Source of the DNA: Paraspadella gotoi
Taxonomy: Eukaryota > Animalia > Chaetognatha
Reading direction: 5' to 3'
DNA: 26,590 nucleotides
Assembly (NCBI GenBank): GCA_051294375.1
Contig: JBJCIZ010000602.1
Coordinates: 1 to 26,590, forward strand
The stretch's first letter is position 1, and every line of letters begins with the position of its first letter. Below are positions 22,063 through 26,590 of this stretch, piece by piece. A program made the translations under genes and the position numbers. Under the pieces are notes generated by a model. It did not search any database. It was not told the origin of the DNA and saw only the letters and a list, made by a program, of their open reading frames with translations.

Positions 22063-25000
22063 ATGAACACTCGTTCTGCTACAGGGGCAGAGTTTCCTCT
22101 GTTTCCCGAATTTGGTATTTGCAAGCGCTTAGCGAACTTTCGACCACCGCCGGCAGAACCACCAAAAGGGGCAGCAGTATTGAAACGGTTCTTTGACATT
22201 TTTTACACTCAGCCCAAAAACCAACGAGATAAAAATGAGACTGCTCATGTCGTAGCTCTAGAATTAATTAACCTTTGGAAACTGGGTGACGCGCGAATCC
22301 CTTTGCTTCACCTGAAAACAATTCGGAAGAACATACTCAACTTTCGAGCAGATCTCAGATATCTTTCTGATAAATCCAAGTTTGGACGTAAAGCTTATGC
22401 AGAAAAGGTTTGTAGAGAATATCCAATTAATAAAGTATTTTAAAGGAATAAAATTATGATATTAACCTTTTTATATAATTTTAGATGGAATCTTTTTCGA
22501 CTATTCGTGACTCTTACTTCGATGTCACTGCCGAAAATGCTATCAAAGATATTGAGGCTGATGGAAAAAAGACGAAAGCCGCCAGAGCCGAGGACGTAGA
22601 ATTTGTTCACCGTCTTCGTCGCAACGTTTTTGTTAAATTTGGCGACCGCGATTGGCAGCAACAAAGTCGGTTTGAACATGCCACCATCCGCGAGCAAGAA
22701 AAAGGAAAGCGGGAAGAAAACGAATTAAAGAGAAAGGTAAAAAAGAGAAGAAGCTTGATAAAAAATAAGATTTGACTGGGAAAAAATTTTTTAAATATTT
22801 TGACAGGAAACAACGGGAGTAGTTTCATCTGAAACCATCTACGACTCTGACGAATGGCAGCCACGAGAGGAAACAGATCCCGATTGGGTTAGGCCGGAGC
22901 AAAAGCGAAAAAAATTTTTGGAAACTTTCACCATAAAATGTACTCAACGTGAATGGATCAAATCCTTCATAAAGGCTGCTGATCGAGCTCGACTTTCCTC
23001 AGAAAATTTATTCCATCTTCTTGCCGATTTTCTCACGGCTCACAATATATCTCTTAATGATGTAGTGATTTCTCCGTCTTTAATTGCGGAGCTTAGGCGA
23101 GAGGTGGAATTTACAAATCATACAATTATCAAAGTAAGTTTAAACTTTAAAAAAATATACAAATATATAAGTACAATTAATAAATATTTACTTTTTGCCT
23201 TAAGGCAACATTTCCATTTCCTGAATACTTACAAGTCCATTTCGATGGTAAGAGACGTGACAATCCTTCCACCGGCGACAAGAAAGAGTGTGTCTCGATC
23301 GCTGTAGCCGGTCCGGGAATGGATAAAGAAAAGTTTTTGAAAGACAAAGAGGTGGAGGAAGGAACCGGAGTAAAAGTAGCCAAGGCTGTGGGAGAAGCAT
23401 TGATTGAATGGGATATTGTCAACAAGATTGTTGGTCTCTCTTATGACACCTGCAGTGTGAATACTGGACGAGAATGGGGTGAGCAAAATTCATTTTTTTA
23501 AAATGTCATATAAGTATGTATCGTTTTGTCTCTTCATAGGTGCCTGTGTTGAACTCGAAAGAGAGACTATTAAGAAAGCAGTAATGTGGTGACTCTGCTG
23601 GCACCATATCCTTGAACTCATCCTTGGTGCCTTTATTAAAGTTCGATGGAAAACAGGCGGACCGCGGGATTCAATTTACACTCGATTTAAAAATGAGTGG
23701 AAATATATTGTACAAAAGTTGCCAGACGTTTTATCTCACGCGAATGACAAGGTGAGAGTTTTTTAGTTTTATTTGTACAAGACGCCTACAATTTTTGCTT
23801 TTTAATATAGGTCAAACTTCTGGCACCCGAAGACGACATCACTCGGCGTATGCATGATCGTCTCACTCATTTTTTGAATGAATTTAAGGAAAACTCACTG
23901 AATTCTACGCGTGGAGATTACTTGGAGTTTGTCAGACTTGTTTCCGTATGTTATCATTATTAAAAATTGTCAGAAGCTATATATTATTTTAATTTAATTC
24001 TTTTTTTTCTCTTTTTCAGAAAAAAACTAAGGAAAAAGGTTACAATGTCATATTTTTAGTAGAATACGAGTAGAATAAAATTAGATAAATAATTATGCAC
24101 AAAATGCTTTGTAGTTTGCAGATTTATTTAGAGTTTAGAAATCAATTATCATTATATTGCCAAAAGCACACTCATAATAAAATTAATATGAAGTCAGTTG
24201 ATCTCGTCTCTTTTTCTTCTCAGTTCCTTATCGGCAATGAAGCTCAACTTCACATAACAAAAAGGCTAAGCACGATACATCACGCCCGTTGGATGGGTAG
24301 CTGCCTCTACATTCTCAAAATGCTGATCGTTGGTGATTCTTTCATTTTGAGTCACCAGCAGAAAATGGATGTCTTGGTGATGTCTTCTTACATCTTGTAC
24401 ATTCATTTTTATTACTGGTTCTGCTGTCCATTCATGGCGGATGCTCCATTCCTTACTCTCTCCCTTAATGAAGATCTAATGGCGTGGCGATCAAGGGATC
24501 GCGAAGGGGCCCATGCTGGACTAAGAAAGATTGATTTACATACCGAATATCTTTCTGGCCGCTCGGTTATTCTCGCTTTGGCTTCAAAAAAAGTCTCAAA
24601 CTCAACTAGAATGGCGATGGCTGAAGCCCTCTTGAGCTCTGAAAAGGTCCAAGTAGAAATGGGAAAGCCGGAAATACCACGCGTATATGAAAACAGCAAA
24701 TTAGAAGATTACGTTTCGGCTGATTCATGGTTTTTTCAGGTTCATTTGCAATATTTTATCAATTATTTTTATATTTAATTATATCTAATTTCAATGACAA
24801 TTATAATTTATTACACAGCTTTGTCACTGAGCCATCTTTTTTGTCAAAACCAGTGGAAGAATGGAATGATAACGCCAATTACCACTCGTTCTGCAAGCTT
24901 GTAAATGGATTTTCGCCACTCAATGATGCTGCGGAGAGGGTGGTTAAATTTGCAAGTGATTACAACGGTTCAATAACCCGTAATAAAACGCAACACGAAG

Positions 25001-25119
25001 CGTTGAAGAACATCGTCGATCTCACCCTAAGCAAAACAAAGTGTCTTATGAACTTCAAGTTTAAAGATCTCCAGTTAACAATAACAAACAAGATTGTTTG
25101 CCTCTTCAAATTGGTTTAA
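22063..25119 (+). pseudogene. 8-exon DDE transposase, disrupted. Exons 22063-22407, 22485-22736, 22807-23133, 23205-23478, 23540-23751, 23811-23945, 24224-24739, 24819-25119.
   Basis: GT-AG splicing gives VHFDGK (D), SYDTCSVNTG (D), GAC, C-W-H-H (CxxH), RGDYLE, HHARWM and NDAAER (E). There is an in-frame TGA at 23590-23592 and an apparent frameshift at the exon 7/8 junction. Confidence 0.85.
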
Positions 25120-25441
25120 AAATATTAAAATTACATTCTCGGTATATTTGCTTAATACTTTTTTATAATTTTTAATAAATTACAACTACATCGGAGTTTT
25201 ACATTCATTTCAATCCATAATGATTAAAAACATCACATAAGATCCCTTCAACGTTTCAAAATATACGTAAATCAATGAATCTGACGCATGTGGAACTTTG
25301 AGCCGCTGGGTCAAGCGAAATCTTTAAATAAGTTAATCATATAGCACATCATTCGAAAGAGAATTTTATTTCGAATCGAATGGTGGTTTTTCCGAAGTTT
25401 CTATGACCATTTGTTGCGGAAAAAAATGTGTCTAACCACAG

Positions 25442-25910
25442 TGAACATTATTTGTAAAAAAAAATAATTTTATGTTTTTTAATTTTTGCAGTAGGCTATA
25501 TTTATATATAGTACTATCCTTATAAAATCGAAAAATTTCAAAATAGGCTTTTCTTAATTTTGATTGCAGATTTGAATTCCTCGTCAAAAGTTGATAAAAG
25601 AAAATATAATTCATTTTTTAAAAATTCTTTCATTAAGTGGGTAAAAATTAAAAAAAACTATATTTAATATATAAAAAGTTAATTTTCAGCTTAAAATATA
25701 GCTTTTTCTAATTTTTGACTCACTTAATGAAGGAATTTTTCAAAAGAATTATATTTCTTTTTATCAACTTTTTATGACGAATCCAAATCTGCAAAAAAAT
25801 CTTAGAAGAAACTGTTTTGAAATTTTAACATTTATTGGTTTAGTACTAGTATAATATGGCCTACTGCGTAAATTGTAAAATTTATAAATTTTTTTATACA
25901 TAAATGTTCA
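25442..25910. mobile_element. ~470-bp imperfect palindrome (fold-back MITE) nested in the right terminal region of the hAT
   Basis: Nested pairs TGAACATT/AATGTTCA, GCAGTAGGC/GCCTACTGC, TGCAGATTTG/CAAATCTGCA, AAAAGTTGATAAAA/TTTTATCAACTTTT and TTCATTAAGTG/CACTTAATGAA. Confidence 0.8.
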
Positions 25911-26590
25911 TAAGTATAATGTTGTTCGTTCCTCACTTTTAGAATTTAAATTAAAGTTAAACTTAGGAATTTTACTACGCCTTAGTGTATATTCATTGTA
26001 GCTCGAATTCTTTACCATCTATTTAACTGAAGATTTTGTTCATGACTGGAAAACCAACAGAGTAACAAGATAAATTGTTTAATTCTCCCTTTCTAAATTA
26101 TCCCTTACCATTTTTTAACTTCTTACCTAGAATTTTTTAACAACCAGATTCAAAAACAAATCTTTAAAAAATGTGCTTTCCCATTTAACTTGACAATTTT
26201 GTTATTTACCGATTTTAAAAAAATAATTGAAAACAGAATGTTTACCAGAGGAGGATTTAGCCTGCCGTCCAATTCCAATTTCTTCCTCCTCCTCCTGCCC
26301 CTCAGTATATTTTGTCTAGCGATACATTCTCTCGTTTCTACTGTTCTCAAAATATACCATTATTTTTCCCTCTATTTCTTCACGCCTTCAATACCCCTCA
26401 AGTGGCGCCTTTTTCGCGGCTCGATACCCTACTCCCCGTGGATTAAGTTTCCTGTGCAAACCCTCAGCAAAAAAAAAAAACAGAAAAAAAACGTGGAAAT
26501 TATAAAAAAAACTTATCTTTCTGCACAACCAAAAACTGAAACTTAAAAATAAACCAAATTTACAAACTCCCCTCCCAAAAAAAAAAAAAT

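Larger units (their letters stand above)
21700..25984 (+). mobile_element. hAT-superfamily (hATm-like) DNA transposon, full length
   Basis: TIR TAAGGCGTAGT (21700) / ACTACGCCTTA (25984) fits the hAT YARNG end consensus. Perfect 8-bp TSD GTGTATAT at 21692-21699 and 25985-25992. Subterminal inverted repeats at 21763-21890 and 25306-25434. Internal transposase present. Confidence 0.9.

Noticed and set aside
26150-26546. ORFs near the window end as possible CCS 5' exons
   Set aside because: No ATX1/HMA-like sequence or convincing splice pattern was seen.

Overview
This is AT-rich, intron-containing animal (probably invertebrate) nuclear DNA, not prokaryotic, and most entries in the ORF track are spurious. 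Positions 1-17098 form one giant imperfect palindrome: left arm 1-11259, a ~150-bp spacer, right arm 11410-17098. Its centre lies in intron 3 of a SPRING1/C12orf49 gene, giving two convergent copies that both lack the 3' half. The arms differ by a 1.1-kb microhomology-flanked indel, a 4.5-kb TIR element present only in the left arm, SNPs and small indels. They are therefore either a real inverted duplication or two haplotypes mis-joined by the assembler. To the right are the last two coding exons of the copper chaperone for SOD (CCS, minus strand) and a 4.3-kb hAT-superfamily (hATm-like) transposon with an 8-bp TSD and an inactivated 8-exon transposase. The rest is nested repeats: Helentron/HINE-like elements, fold-back MITEs, a tRNA-Gly-like SINE head, microsatellites and Penelope-type minimal hammerhead ribozyme motifs. 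I found no clearly new multi-gene system. The best leads are the asymmetric palindrome and the hammerhead motifs.
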